Below are positions 8,863-18,500 of a stretch of DNA of 64,000 bases, one piece after another. The notes beneath the pieces were generated by a model that had not been told where the DNA came from, did no database searches, and saw only the letters and a list, made by a program, of their open reading frames with translations. Within the stretch, counting starts at the first letter, position 1. Each line of letters opens with the position of its first letter. Source of the DNA: Thermoplasmata archaeon (GTDB taxonomy: Archaea > Thermoplasmatota > Thermoplasmata > GCA-020350865); assembly GCA_020348445.1 (NCBI GenBank), contig CP070751.1, forward strand, positions 2,712,750 to 2,776,749. Direction: 5' to 3'. The translations under genes and the position numbers were made by a program.

Positions 8863-9915
8863 TCATTTACTCCATCTAAATTCCCGTCTGCACTGGGGGC
8901 ACATGCCGGTGCCATCCATGAAGAACTGCAGGTTCTTACAGTCACAGTTTGAGCATATGAACTGCTTATGCTTCTGTTTTGATCTGATCGTTGTGGGTCT
9001 GCGGCTATATCTGAATCTGTGTCCACATCCTGGGCAGCGTCCCAATCCATCTGCAAAAAATTGGAGACTTGGATTTCCGCAGTTCTCGCATTTAAATTGC
9101 TCTTTCCCCCCTTCCCTTCCTGGGCCAGAAGGCCTTGGTCCAGGTCTTATTAAGGATTCTCTTCCCCTTCTCCTTTCAGGTCTTCTTACGCCCATTTTAT
9201 CATCGATACGTCTTTCCCATCCCTCAGGAGGATACCTTCTTTGGGAATCCCGTTGATAATCCTGTCTTTGTCTTGGAGGATAACCCCTCCTGGAATCTTC
9301 ATAACGGGGTGCTCTTCTTTCCTGTTGGGCCCTGCTCCACCCGCAAAGTACGCAGTTATCAGGATCAGTATACATCTCGCTTTGGCAGTTGGGGCAGTAG
9401 TTTCTTCCAGGCTCCTTATATCTGGGATCCCTTATTTGGTCCGGGGGCCTTCTTCTGTCTTCGTACCCATAACCCGAATCTGGTCTCTCCCTGGCTCTCC
9501 CTCTCTGATAGGGGGGCTCTCTTCTTTGGGGATAGGCCACTCTTTGTTGGTAACCCCTTTGCATACGAGGATCTTCTCTTTGCATTCTTTGAGGATATCG
9601 TCTTTCTTGGGGAGGATACTGCCTTCTAGGCCTGTCCTGGTAACCTGTGCGTTGGGGTGGTGGATAATCATATTCTCTTCTCGGCCCCTCTCGATATCTG
9701 TCTTCGTATCTATCCCTTGGATATCGTGGTGGTGGTCTTTGGGGTGGTGGCCGCGCCTGTGGGGGCCTTTGTGGAGGATATTCTCTATCATAACGAGGAC
9801 CCGGCTGCCTACCTCTTTCTCTAGGGGAAGATGCCCCTCTCTTCCAGCCACACATGACACATGAATCAGGGTCCGAGAATATTTCCCTCCCGCAATTGGG
9901 GCAAATTACCACCAT
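8863..9915 (-). CDS. Arg/Pro/Gln/Tyr-rich low-complexity protein with four zinc ribbons
   Basis: CPNC..CVMC, CPNC..CVLC, CENC..CPGC, CSNC..CPQC separated by RYPPQ/RRPP-rich disordered tracts. Confidence 0.8.
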   Translation of the reverse strand: MVVICPNCGREIFSDPDSCVMCGWKRGASSPRERGRQPGPRYDREYPPQRPPQARPPPQRPPPRYPRDRYEDRYREGPRREYDYPPPQRTGYQDRPRRQYPPQERRYPQRMQREDPRMQRGYQQRVAYPQRREPPYQRGRARERPDSGYGYEDRRRPPDQIRDPRYKEPGRNYCPNCQSEMYTDPDNCVLCGWSRAQQERRAPRYEDSRRGYPPRQRQDYQRDSQRRYPPEGWERRIDDKMGVRRPERRRGRESLIRPGPRPSGPGREGGKEQFKCENCGNPSLQFFADGLGRCPGCGHRFRYSRRPTTIRSKQKHKQFICSNCDCKNLQFFMDGTGMCPQCRREFRWSK

Positions 9916-10086
9916 AATTTCTCTCCATTATCATAAACGATTAGGGATTATTTCAATTTTGGGGTGTTATTTTCGAGGCGAAGAGTAAATCCAGTTTTAC
10001 GGTTCGGGTTTTTAGAATCCTTAAAATCACTCCGAAAGGGTTAAATCCAACAAAATATATGCTTTTTGAGCACGGAGTAACCATAG

Positions 10087-11340
10087 ATGGAATTGGAGTA
10101 TCTATACTGGCTCATACTTCTCCTTCTCTTTGGACGGGCCCTAGGCGAGTTATTTCGTCGTTTTGATTTTCAGCCTTTAATAGGGGAGGTCATAGCAGGC
10201 CTTATATTGGGGCCTGCGGTCCTTGGTTTGATAGTTTTTTCAGCTGGAGAAGAAACACCCTTAGAATATTTCAGCCAGTTTGGAATTATAATGCTCATGC
10301 TACTTGCAGGGCTTATCACAGATTTCGAATCCTTTGCAGAAAATAAGATATCCAGCATAGTAATTGGAGCAGTTGGTGTGGTGGTCTCTTTTATCATAGT
10401 GTTCCTCCCACTTAGGTTCCTTTTTGGCCTTGATCTTCTTGCTTCGCTCTTTTTAGCCGCCGTTCTCAGCAATACCGCAATCGAGGTCTGTGCCGGGATA
10501 TTCATACATAGTCCAAATCATAAAATAAAGAATATAGTCCTGGGAGCAAGCTTCGTGGACGATATCATAGCTGTATTTCTTATCGGTATCGTGTCTTCCA
10601 TGGTTCTATTGCCTGATAAAACCCTTGATATCATGGAGATAGTATGGCTTGCCGCAAGGGTCATCATATTTTTATTTTTGGCCCTGGTTGTGGTTAGCTG
10701 GCCCTTGGAGAAGCTCTTTGATAAACTCCATAAAGGAACAGAGGAGTTCAAATGGATGCTTACAACCACGTTCATTCTCACTTTTTTATTCGCACTCGTT
10801 GCCACATGGGTTGATTTGCACTATGTGATCGGCGCATATATAGCGGGCTTGATAGTTGGGAAATGGGGATCCAAAGTCGGACCACTTTTGAGGCGTCGCA
10901 TTACATGGCGCAGGATCGTAGATGACGTAGATCCCCCTCTTAGGGCCATCTTTGGCCCCATATTCTTCGGTTATATCGGGCTTTCTGCCAGTATATTGAT
11001 TGCCGAAGGTGACACTTCAGTAGGAGTGGTGGTACCTCTAATTACCGTTTTAGTGATATTGGTATTTGCAGGGAAAATACTGGGATGCGGTCTAGGAGCG
11101 AAAATTTGCAGATTCACAAACAACGAGTCCTTCACAATAGGAGTGGCAATGTGCGGACGTGGTGCCCTTGAGTTGGTTCTTCTGAGTTTCGGACTGGAGA
11201 TCGAGGCTATTTCTGAATCGCAGTTCATATCTGTCATCATAGTGACCCTATTTACGATAGTGCTCACACCGATTTTCTATACTCTCTCTGTTAAAAGAAG
11301 TGAAAAAAAGAAAACGAAATCCTCTGAAAAACCCGCCTAA
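10087..11340 (+). CDS. Cation:proton antiporter, CPA2/KefB family
   Basis: About 12 TMs; QPLIGEVIAGLILGP, GASFVDDIIAV, PIFFGYIG, CGRGALEL motifs. Confidence 0.88.
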   Translation: MELEYLYWLILLLLFGRALGELFRRFDFQPLIGEVIAGLILGPAVLGLIVFSAGEETPLEYFSQFGIIMLMLLAGLITDFESFAENKISSIVIGAVGVVVSFIIVFLPLRFLFGLDLLASLFLAAVLSNTAIEVCAGIFIHSPNHKIKNIVLGASFVDDIIAVFLIGIVSSMVLLPDKTLDIMEIVWLAARVIIFLFLALVVVSWPLEKLFDKLHKGTEEFKWMLTTTFILTFLFALVATWVDLHYVIGAYIAGLIVGKWGSKVGPLLRRRITWRRIVDDVDPPLRAIFGPIFFGYIGLSASILIAEGDTSVGVVVPLITVLVILVFAGKILGCGLGAKICRFTNNESFTIGVAMCGRGALELVLLSFGLEIEAISESQFISVIIVTLFTIVLTPIFYTLSVKRSEKKKTKSSEKPA

Positions 11341-11966
11341 ACTCCCTTCTTCTCTCCCCAAATGAGCTTATGAAGCTGAGGTAAAACTCTCACATAAAGC
11401 CCATCGGCAAGAACCCATTCGGCGAGTTCCTTCAATTTCCTACCTCCCACAGGTGTCATAATAAGGCTGCACGTGGGTTTATATTTTGCGATTATTTCCT
11501 TTGCATATTCATAATCCTTATTATCGGCTATTATGAACTTCAACTGGTCATTTAAGCTCAAAAGCTCGAGATTAGAGAAGTTCATTTTTTCCTGCATACC
11601 TGATGAGGGGCATTTGATATCAAGGCTGATTACCATGGATCCTAAACAAGGAATATTCTCGATTGATTTTGAGCCGTTGGTCTCCAGGCAGACCTCATAG
11701 CCTTTGTCCATAAGTTTTTGGATAAGTGAAATAACCTCATTTTGTAAAAGCGGTTCCCCGCCTGTTATACAGACATGATTTTGTGAAAAATCCTTTACCT
11801 TGGCCATCACTTCCTCGCAGGACATCTCCTTTCCTTCCTCGTAAGCGTACTTGGTATCACACCATGAGCACCTGAGATTGCAGCCAGTCATTCTCACAAA
11901 TGTTGTGGGGATGCCTATCAGGATACCTTCGCCCTGAATGGATGCGAAAATCTCGTTGACCTTCAT
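11337..11966 (-). CDS. queE: 7-carboxy-7-deazaguanine synthase (radical SAM)
   Basis: EIFASIQGEG, FVRMTGCNLRCSWCDT (CxxxCxxC), ITGGEPLLQ, LETNG, VLPQLHK; adjacent to queC. Confidence 0.93.
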   Translation of the reverse strand: MKVNEIFASIQGEGILIGIPTTFVRMTGCNLRCSWCDTKYAYEEGKEMSCEEVMAKVKDFSQNHVCITGGEPLLQNEVISLIQKLMDKGYEVCLETNGSKSIENIPCLGSMVISLDIKCPSSGMQEKMNFSNLELLSLNDQLKFIIADNKDYEYAKEIIAKYKPTCSLIMTPVGGRKLKELAEWVLADGLYVRVLPQLHKLIWGEKKGV

Positions 11967-11977
11967 TTTCTTTCCTC

Positions 11978-12682
11978 TTAGTCTTCATATTCCATGGGAT
12001 CCTCTATTCCCGCTTCTTTGAAACCCTTTAGCCTGAGAATGCAGGAATCACATTTTCCGCAGGCTAAATCGCCACCTTTATAGCAAGACCATGTAAGGTG
12101 AAATGGTACATTCAGCCTCTCACCTTCTTTTACTATTTCGGCCTTTGTCAGATTGATTAAGGGGTATTTGATCACAACGGGTTTTCCTTCTATTCCGGTT
12201 TTGGTTCCCAGTTCTGCCACCTCCTGGAAGGCCTCAAAGTATTCAGGTCTACAATCCGGGTATCCGCTGTAATCCAGGGCATTGGCCCCTATAAAAATAG
12301 CTTGGGCCTCAATAACCTCGGCATATCCCAGGGCAAGGGAAAGAAGTATGGTATTTCTGGCTGGGACATAGGTTATGGGAACATCGGATCCTATTTTATT
12401 TTCATCTCGCTTTTCGGGAATTTTAATTTTCATGTCAGTTAAGGCTGAGCCACCTACCTGTGATATATCGATTTTTAGTATTTTATGTTCTTTTACTTCA
12501 TACCAGTTCGCGATTTTTTGTGCACTTTCCAGCTCCTTATCATGCCTTTGGCCATAATCAATAGACAGTGGATATAATTCATAATCTTCCTCGTGGGTAC
12601 GGGCCAGGGTTACTGTGGAATCCAGACCACCTGAAAGTAGTACCACTGCCTTTTTTCTCAAATCCTTCACCTTGGCATCCAT
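11978..12682 (-). CDS. queC: 7-cyano-7-deazaguanine synthase
   Basis: LLSGGLDS, YGQRH, TYVPARN, DYSGYPDCR, TWSCY, CGKCDSC. Confidence 0.96.
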   Translation of the reverse strand: MDAKVKDLRKKAVVLLSGGLDSTVTLARTHEEDYELYPLSIDYGQRHDKELESAQKIANWYEVKEHKILKIDISQVGGSALTDMKIKIPEKRDENKIGSDVPITYVPARNTILLSLALGYAEVIEAQAIFIGANALDYSGYPDCRPEYFEAFQEVAELGTKTGIEGKPVVIKYPLINLTKAEIVKEGERLNVPFHLTWSCYKGGDLACGKCDSCILRLKGFKEAGIEDPMEYED

Positions 12683-12800
12683 TACAGTTTAGCAGTATAA
12701 AAAATATTGGGGTATAATATTGTATGTTTTGGGATTAGCATTATATACCCTCGATTCAGTTCAGGCCAAGTAATGTACAATCAATAAAAGAGGAGATTAA

Positions 12801-13310
12801 ATGGAAATTATGGTGGTTTTAGCAATGCACGGCTCACCTCCAAGGGATTTTCCTCCCGATGAGCTTTCGGAATTTTTCAGGCTGCACGCCCAACTGGGGC
12901 ATGTTCCCAATAAAAGACAGCAGAATCTTACAGAGCGCTTTTTAGAACTAGATAGCAAGATGAAAAGTTGGCCGAGAACAAAAGAAAATGATCCCTTCTT
13001 TGCAGGGGCACAGGAGATGGCCCAACAATTAAGGAAGGTAACAGGATATGAAGTCATAGTGGGATTCAACGAGTTTTGCTCCCCAAGTTTAGATAAGGCA
13101 ATTGATCAAGCAGTATCCCAGAAGGTAGACAAGATAATTGTAATAACTCCCATGATGACCAAGGGAGGCGAGCATTCAGAAATTGAAATCCCCAAAGTAA
13201 TAAACAGCTCACAAAATCGGTATCCAGACATTGAAATTATCTATGCATGGCCCTTTAAGGTTTCTGAGGTTGCAGAATTTCTTGGAGCGCATATAAAAAG
13301 GTTCATATAG
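12801..13310 (+). CDS. Single-domain CbiX/SirB-family chelatase
   Basis: VLAMHGS, VGFNEFCSPSL, PMMTKGGEHSEIEIP (class II chelatase His pair). Confidence 0.78.
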   Translation: MEIMVVLAMHGSPPRDFPPDELSEFFRLHAQLGHVPNKRQQNLTERFLELDSKMKSWPRTKENDPFFAGAQEMAQQLRKVTGYEVIVGFNEFCSPSLDKAIDQAVSQKVDKIIVITPMMTKGGEHSEIEIPKVINSSQNRYPDIEIIYAWPFKVSEVAEFLGAHIKRFI

Positions 13311-13349
13311 ACGTAATTTTAATTTCTTTTGGCAGAGGGGGAATGATCA

Positions 13350-13769
13350 CTGGGTTCAAACAAGAATAAAAAAGAGAAAAATCGCATTAAAAGTGCTCTT
13401 TGGACTCTTGCGGGAACGATCTTCTTGTGCCTCGGGATAATTGGGATTGTCCTCCCACTTCTTCCCACAACTCCATTTCTTCTTCTGGCAGCGGCATGCT
13501 ATCTTCGGGGTTCTGAGCGGATGTACAAATGGCTTATAGGTCATAAATGGTTTGGAAAATACATAAAGAATTATCAGGAAGGGAGGGGAATTCCCCTTAA
13601 AGTAAAAGTTATGGCTATCTCTTTTTTATGGATCATGATAGGATTTTCGGCTATGTTCATTATTGACAATTTCTGGATAAGGATTATTTTATTAATAATC
13701 GCCCTTGGGGTCAGTATACATATTATTACCCTGAAAACATATACAGGTAAAGAGGAAACTAATGAATGA
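13350..13769 (+). CDS. YbaN/DUF454-family inner-membrane protein
   Basis: LGIIGIVLPLLPTTPFLLLAAACY.RGS signature. Frame is open upstream of the track start (13425) to CTG 13350, which sits behind GAGGGG, so the start is uncertain. Confidence 0.82.
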   Translation: MGSNKNKKEKNRIKSALWTLAGTIFLCLGIIGIVLPLLPTTPFLLLAAACYLRGSERMYKWLIGHKWFGKYIKNYQEGRGIPLKVKVMAISFLWIMIGFSAMFIIDNFWIRIILLIIALGVSIHIITLKTYTGKEETNE

Positions 13770-13799
13770 TTATCATCTACATATACGGTGTACTGTTAT

Positions 13800-14210
13800 T
13801 TAATATCTCACGAACTGGATTATTGTAGGCCGTCTTCTTATCATATCATTGGCAAGGGTCTTGCTCATCCAATACCTTCCATTATCAAGCTCAGCATCCT
13901 TGGGAACCTCGCCTAGCCGTTTTAAAACCGATAGTGCAAGTTTATCAGCGACATACACCATATCCTTTACATCCAGGGAAAAGTACATGGAAATCGGCAG
14001 CATAATCGAATGCTTGTCTTTTGACAACTCGTTTTTGAGACAATAAAGTGCCTTTTTGTCGTAGTAAAAAATACTTCCGTCCTTTGCCTCAGTAATTGGT
14101 GTTTTTTCCTCAGTAAGCTCACCTAAAGGTCTTTTTTTGGTGACTATACCGCTGTTGATTTTAGCAATTTCGAATTTAAACCATTTTTCCATGGCCGATT
14201 CTTTGAGCAC
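13800..14210 (-). CDS. DUF61 (UPF0216)-family protein
   Basis: EIAKINSGIVTKKRPLGEL..E..P....KDGS...Y pattern recognised as DUF61-like; GTG start abutting the upstream gene. Confidence 0.6.
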   Translation of the reverse strand: MLKESAMEKWFKFEIAKINSGIVTKKRPLGELTEEKTPITEAKDGSIFYYDKKALYCLKNELSKDKHSIMLPISMYFSLDVKDMVYVADKLALSVLKRLGEVPKDAELDNGRYWMSKTLANDMIRRRPTIIQFVRY

Positions 14211-15149
14211 CTATTTCCCCTTTCCCGAGATTTTCTTGATGTTATCCAGGATGATTTCATAGCGTGCTTTTGGAGGTTTTCCCTTGGCCTCAACTAGGCC
14301 CCTTTTTGCCAGGGCGGATATGTTATCCCTTGCCATCTTCTCGGTGATCCCAAGACCTATCTGGATGTCAGCGGCATCTCCATCTTCCAGCTCAAAGAAT
14401 ATACAAAGTACCTTTTTTGCCAAATCAGGTATTTCCTGCTTCGAGAGAAAATAATCGAGGTGATAATAGTCCCATGGGTCCCTTAGTACCCTGTTCTTGA
14501 TTGGGATCTTCTTGTTCCTGAAATCCATAATCAAAGAATTGTTCAGAATATCCAATTGATACAGATACCTTCTTTCTTTTGAGTATGCGCAAAGGTTCAT
14601 TTGAAATGGTACAATACCTTTGAATCTAATATCCTCCCAGAATTCAAAAGGAGTGCACAATGGTCTCGGTGGAACCAAAGGGCGCTCATCCATCTTTTTT
14701 GATTGCGTCTTGATGGACTCGGGTGAGTAGAAATGGGCTGCATAGCTTCGGAACATCGCAGTCTCAACTATTGGCTCCTGTTTTGGATCCCATTGATTCA
14801 AAGCAAAGTGATTGATCTGATAGAGCATCAAAGCCCCCCTTCCAGGTCCTGTCAATTTAACGAGCTTTGTGGGGATATCATATTCCCATATCTCCTCGGT
14901 GTTTGGATGAAAGAAGTGGATTTCTATCTCGTTCCAATCCTCTATTAGGTATATGGCATCCAAAAGTGAGGAATATTGTTTGCCGTCAATTATATAGTAT
15001 ACATCTGCCAATTTCTTCTCAATTGATTGCTCGTATTTATTGAGGTTTTTGGACAGCTGTTTTTTAGCGTAGCTGTCGACCTCCTTTTTAGGTGCAAAGC
15101 TCATGATTCTATTACACTTGTCAAGGACTTCAGACATCACTACACGCAA
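14211..15149 (-). CDS. Hypothetical protein with C-terminal winged-HTH
   Basis: 312-aa ORF; C-terminal LAKKVLCIFFELEDGDAADIQIGLGITEKMARDNISALAKRGLVE resembles a wHTH. Confidence 0.6.
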   Translation of the reverse strand: MRVVMSEVLDKCNRIMSFAPKKEVDSYAKKQLSKNLNKYEQSIEKKLADVYYIIDGKQYSSLLDAIYLIEDWNEIEIHFFHPNTEEIWEYDIPTKLVKLTGPGRGALMLYQINHFALNQWDPKQEPIVETAMFRSYAAHFYSPESIKTQSKKMDERPLVPPRPLCTPFEFWEDIRFKGIVPFQMNLCAYSKERRYLYQLDILNNSLIMDFRNKKIPIKNRVLRDPWDYYHLDYFLSKQEIPDLAKKVLCIFFELEDGDAADIQIGLGITEKMARDNISALAKRGLVEAKGKPPKARYEIILDNIKKISGKGK

Positions 15150-15270
15150 CGTTTTTTTGGTTTATAAAAGATATCATTAAAATATCGAATACAATAGCGG
15201 TACGTACATTGACCCTTCTAGTATATTTGGATGGCCCCTTTCTTGTAGGACCTGGTGTTTTTAATAAATA

Positions 15271-15561
15271 TCATGATTTCATCAGAAGAACCAGCATTAA
15301 TCCCACCATCAATGCAGCTCCCACTATTCCTCCAATGATGACCACGATCATGATCACAAGAAATTCGGGATTCCATAGGAATAGGTAAAGGCCAAATAGG
15401 GCTATCCACCCAACTGACATCTGTAGAAAGCCCATGGCTCTGCTTTTCTCGCGACCGAGAACGGCCATTATCAAGCCCAGTAGGAGGGAGCAAATACCAA
15501 ACACCAGAACCAGTGCGAACACAAAGGCGCTTGCGGGATTTATATCTATTATCTCGTGCAT
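15271..15561 (-). CDS. Small 3-TM membrane protein
   Basis: 96 aa, almost entirely hydrophobic, GGAGGT RBS, directly downstream of the surface-protein gene. Confidence 0.7.
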   Translation of the reverse strand: MHEIIDINPASAFVFALVLVFGICSLLLGLIMAVLGREKSRAMGFLQMSVGWIALFGLYLFLWNPEFLVIMIVVIIGGIVGAALMVGLMLVLLMKS

Positions 15562-15572
15562 TTTATTACCTC

Positions 15573-18500
15573 CTAAATCTCCTCCTCTGTTTTAGGAATA
15601 TCCAGTTTACTTGCATCATCATCACTCATTTCTTCAGGTGTTGATAAATCTGTAAGGGGAGGAGCAACAATCTCCTCTTCTTTCTCTTCTTCATGGCCTT
15701 CAAGTTCCACACCGCATTGGGGGCAACTCGAGTCCCCGGGGCCGACATTGGCTCCGCATTCAGGGCATGCAAATCCCTCAATTACCTCAGTTTCTTCCTC
15801 CACTGGTGACACCGAGGGCTCTTCAATTTTCGCGGGTTTTTCCTTTTTAGGTCCTTTGGACCAGCTTATCACCATTAGCACCACAAGTATAACTAGAATC
15901 ACAATGAATACCAGGAATGCAAGCATTGGGAAGTTGTCTACTTTGATTTCAGATGATCCAACGGCCTCGTTGCCCAAGGTGTCCACGGCTTTTACATCTA
16001 CATCGTATTTGCCGTTGTAGGCTTTTCTCGAGTTCCAGTTGTATACATACTTCCCATCCTCTTCTTTCATGTCTATCCATTCTCCCTTGTCTATTCTGAT
16101 CTGGACGACATCGATTCCCGTGGCATCTGTTAATTCCACAATGAATTTGACATCCCCTTCGACTGTCTTTCCCTTTGCTGGTTCAGAAATTGTTATTGTA
16201 GGACCTGTATTATCAACTGTTATTGTGGTTGAGATTTGTGTGCTTAAATCCACAGAGTCTGTGGCCATGATTTTAAGTTCATGGTCTCCATCGGGAAGTC
16301 CAAGTCCAGAAGAGTCCACAACGATCTCAGCCTCATAGAATCCTATGGCCTTGTTTTCGAACATACGAACAGATGTTAGATTGTTTATCTGATATGTGAC
16401 CTCCACAAGCTCCACTGCATCCATTGCATACATCTGTATATGGAAACTCGAGGCCACATTCTCAGTTGGCCAGTAAACTGGATAAAGGTCAGGTGCCGTG
16501 TTATCTGTTTTGACAGAGACTGTTTGAGTTGCCATATGGCCTGCTTTGTCTGTCAGTTTTATATCTATGGTATGTGCTCCATCATTGACCAATGACGTAT
16601 CCCAGGCAGTTGACAAATCCACCCATGCTCCCCCATCTATCCTGTAGACCATGTCAACAAGGAATACATCAGAGTAATCAACATCTATTGCCACACTACC
16701 TGTCAGCAGCTCTCCATTGAGGGGAGCCGTTAGCATTAATTTAGGAGCGTTGTTATCAACCATGAAGTTCACTGTGGAAGCCCCTGAATCCTTTCCTGAG
16801 ATATCGTATGATGTGGCTGTTATGGAGTAGTTACCGTCTGCAAGGGTCATTGTATCTAATGTATATTCGTAATGGCCTGATACCTCGTTGAGGATTATTG
16901 ATATGTCATCAACAACTGTTTCAGCTGAATCAGTGTTTGTGATGGTGATTCGTACATCAGACAGGCCCACCATGTCCTCTGCCCTGATTCTAAAGGTAAA
17001 GTCGTCGGAAAGGAACTGATTATTCACAGGATTTAGAATTGCTATTTCAGGTGCATTGTTGTCTACAACAAGATCAAGTGTTATCATAGTGTAGTGACCC
17101 GATTCATCCGCTGCCTTTATACTCACCATGTGTTCCCCGTCATTGAAAGTTCTTGTGTCCCAGTCTGTGTCAATGTCCACCCAGCTATTACCGTCTATCT
17201 TGTACATCACAGATGAAAGGTATGTATCTGTGGCAGTGTAATTGAACTCCACAATCCCGCTTACTATGGCATTGTCCAAAGGAGACGATACTGCAAGTGT
17301 GGGGGCTGTGTTGTCTATTTTGAAATTAACAGTTCCTGAAGAGGCCGAACTGCCTGCAGTGTCCCATGAGACAGCTGAAACAGAATAGTCGCCATCTGTA
17401 AGTGCTGTTGTATCCAGGGTATATTCGTAATATCCGCTTGCACTGTTATACCCTATGGGCATATCGGTAATTACCGTGGGTATTGTGAGTTCCACGCTTG
17501 CCAAATCAGAGGTGTCGCACTGAACCTTGAATACAAAGGTACCGTCAATGTACTGTCCATCTATCAAGGATGCAATTGTTGGGGTTCCCGGCTCGATATT
17601 GTCCACATAAATTGTCACCATGTCCATGAGCTTGTTTCCTTCTGGATCGTACACGAACATCTTAACTTGGTGCGCGCCTTCGGAAAGAAGTTCGGTGTCC
17701 AATTCAAATGTTACAGCTCCAGTTGCTGTGTCATCTGAGAAGGACCAGAACATGTCATCAACATAAAGCTCTGCATATTCACCTGAGTTGTCTGCTACAA
17801 AATCGCCAACCACGTTTATGGAACCGTTTTGTGACGTACCAGTGATTGGGTCGGTTATGGACAGGGTATTTAGGTCCCAGTTGTCGAATTCATATACCAT
17901 TGCATCCCAGGTCTCACCGGCGATATTAACAGCTCGAATAGAAACGATATGTCCGCCATCTGCATATAAAGTTGTATCCAAGGATGCCTGATATGGACTC
18001 GTTATATCCACTGAAAAGAGCTCACCATCCACGTAGAATTCCACATAACTTGCTCCAAGGGCAGTGGCTTCGATGAGCTCGGGACCAGTAAGGGGCCCAA
18101 CTGCAGGATCGGTTATCTCAACCCCAGAAGGTGGATTGCCTCCAGCCCCTGCATTTGATATCATCACATTGATGTATATGTATACGGTGATGCCTTCATC
18201 GTCCTGTGCAACAATTGTAACCCTGGTGGGGCCGTTATCCTCGGCAGTTGTATCCCAGTAGGTGGACCAGAATCCGGTTCCAGGTTCTCGGAAGAGGTTC
18301 TTGAACGTGTCCATTTTCTCTGTTTTAAAAGCGGTAAAGGTAATGAAGTCTATACCATTTGGTGGCTCGTCCTCAGCGTAAATCCTGAATCGGAAATCTA
18401 TTCCAGAAACCATTCCACCATCATCAGGCTGAACAGGGGAGACTGCAGGGCCTCCCATCTGTAAGTCCACCCATCCAACTGAAACGTGAACATCGTCAGG

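Noticed and set aside
8903-9864. Several long overlapping ORFs (117-207 aa) on both strands
   Set aside because: Shadow frames of the low-complexity Arg/Pro-rich gene, which has four coherent Zn ribbons.
11337-12682. queE/queC as a dpd-type DNA 7-deazaguanine modification system
   Set aside because: No dpdA or other dpd genes nearby; the simplest reading is the archaeosine precursor (preQ0) pathway.
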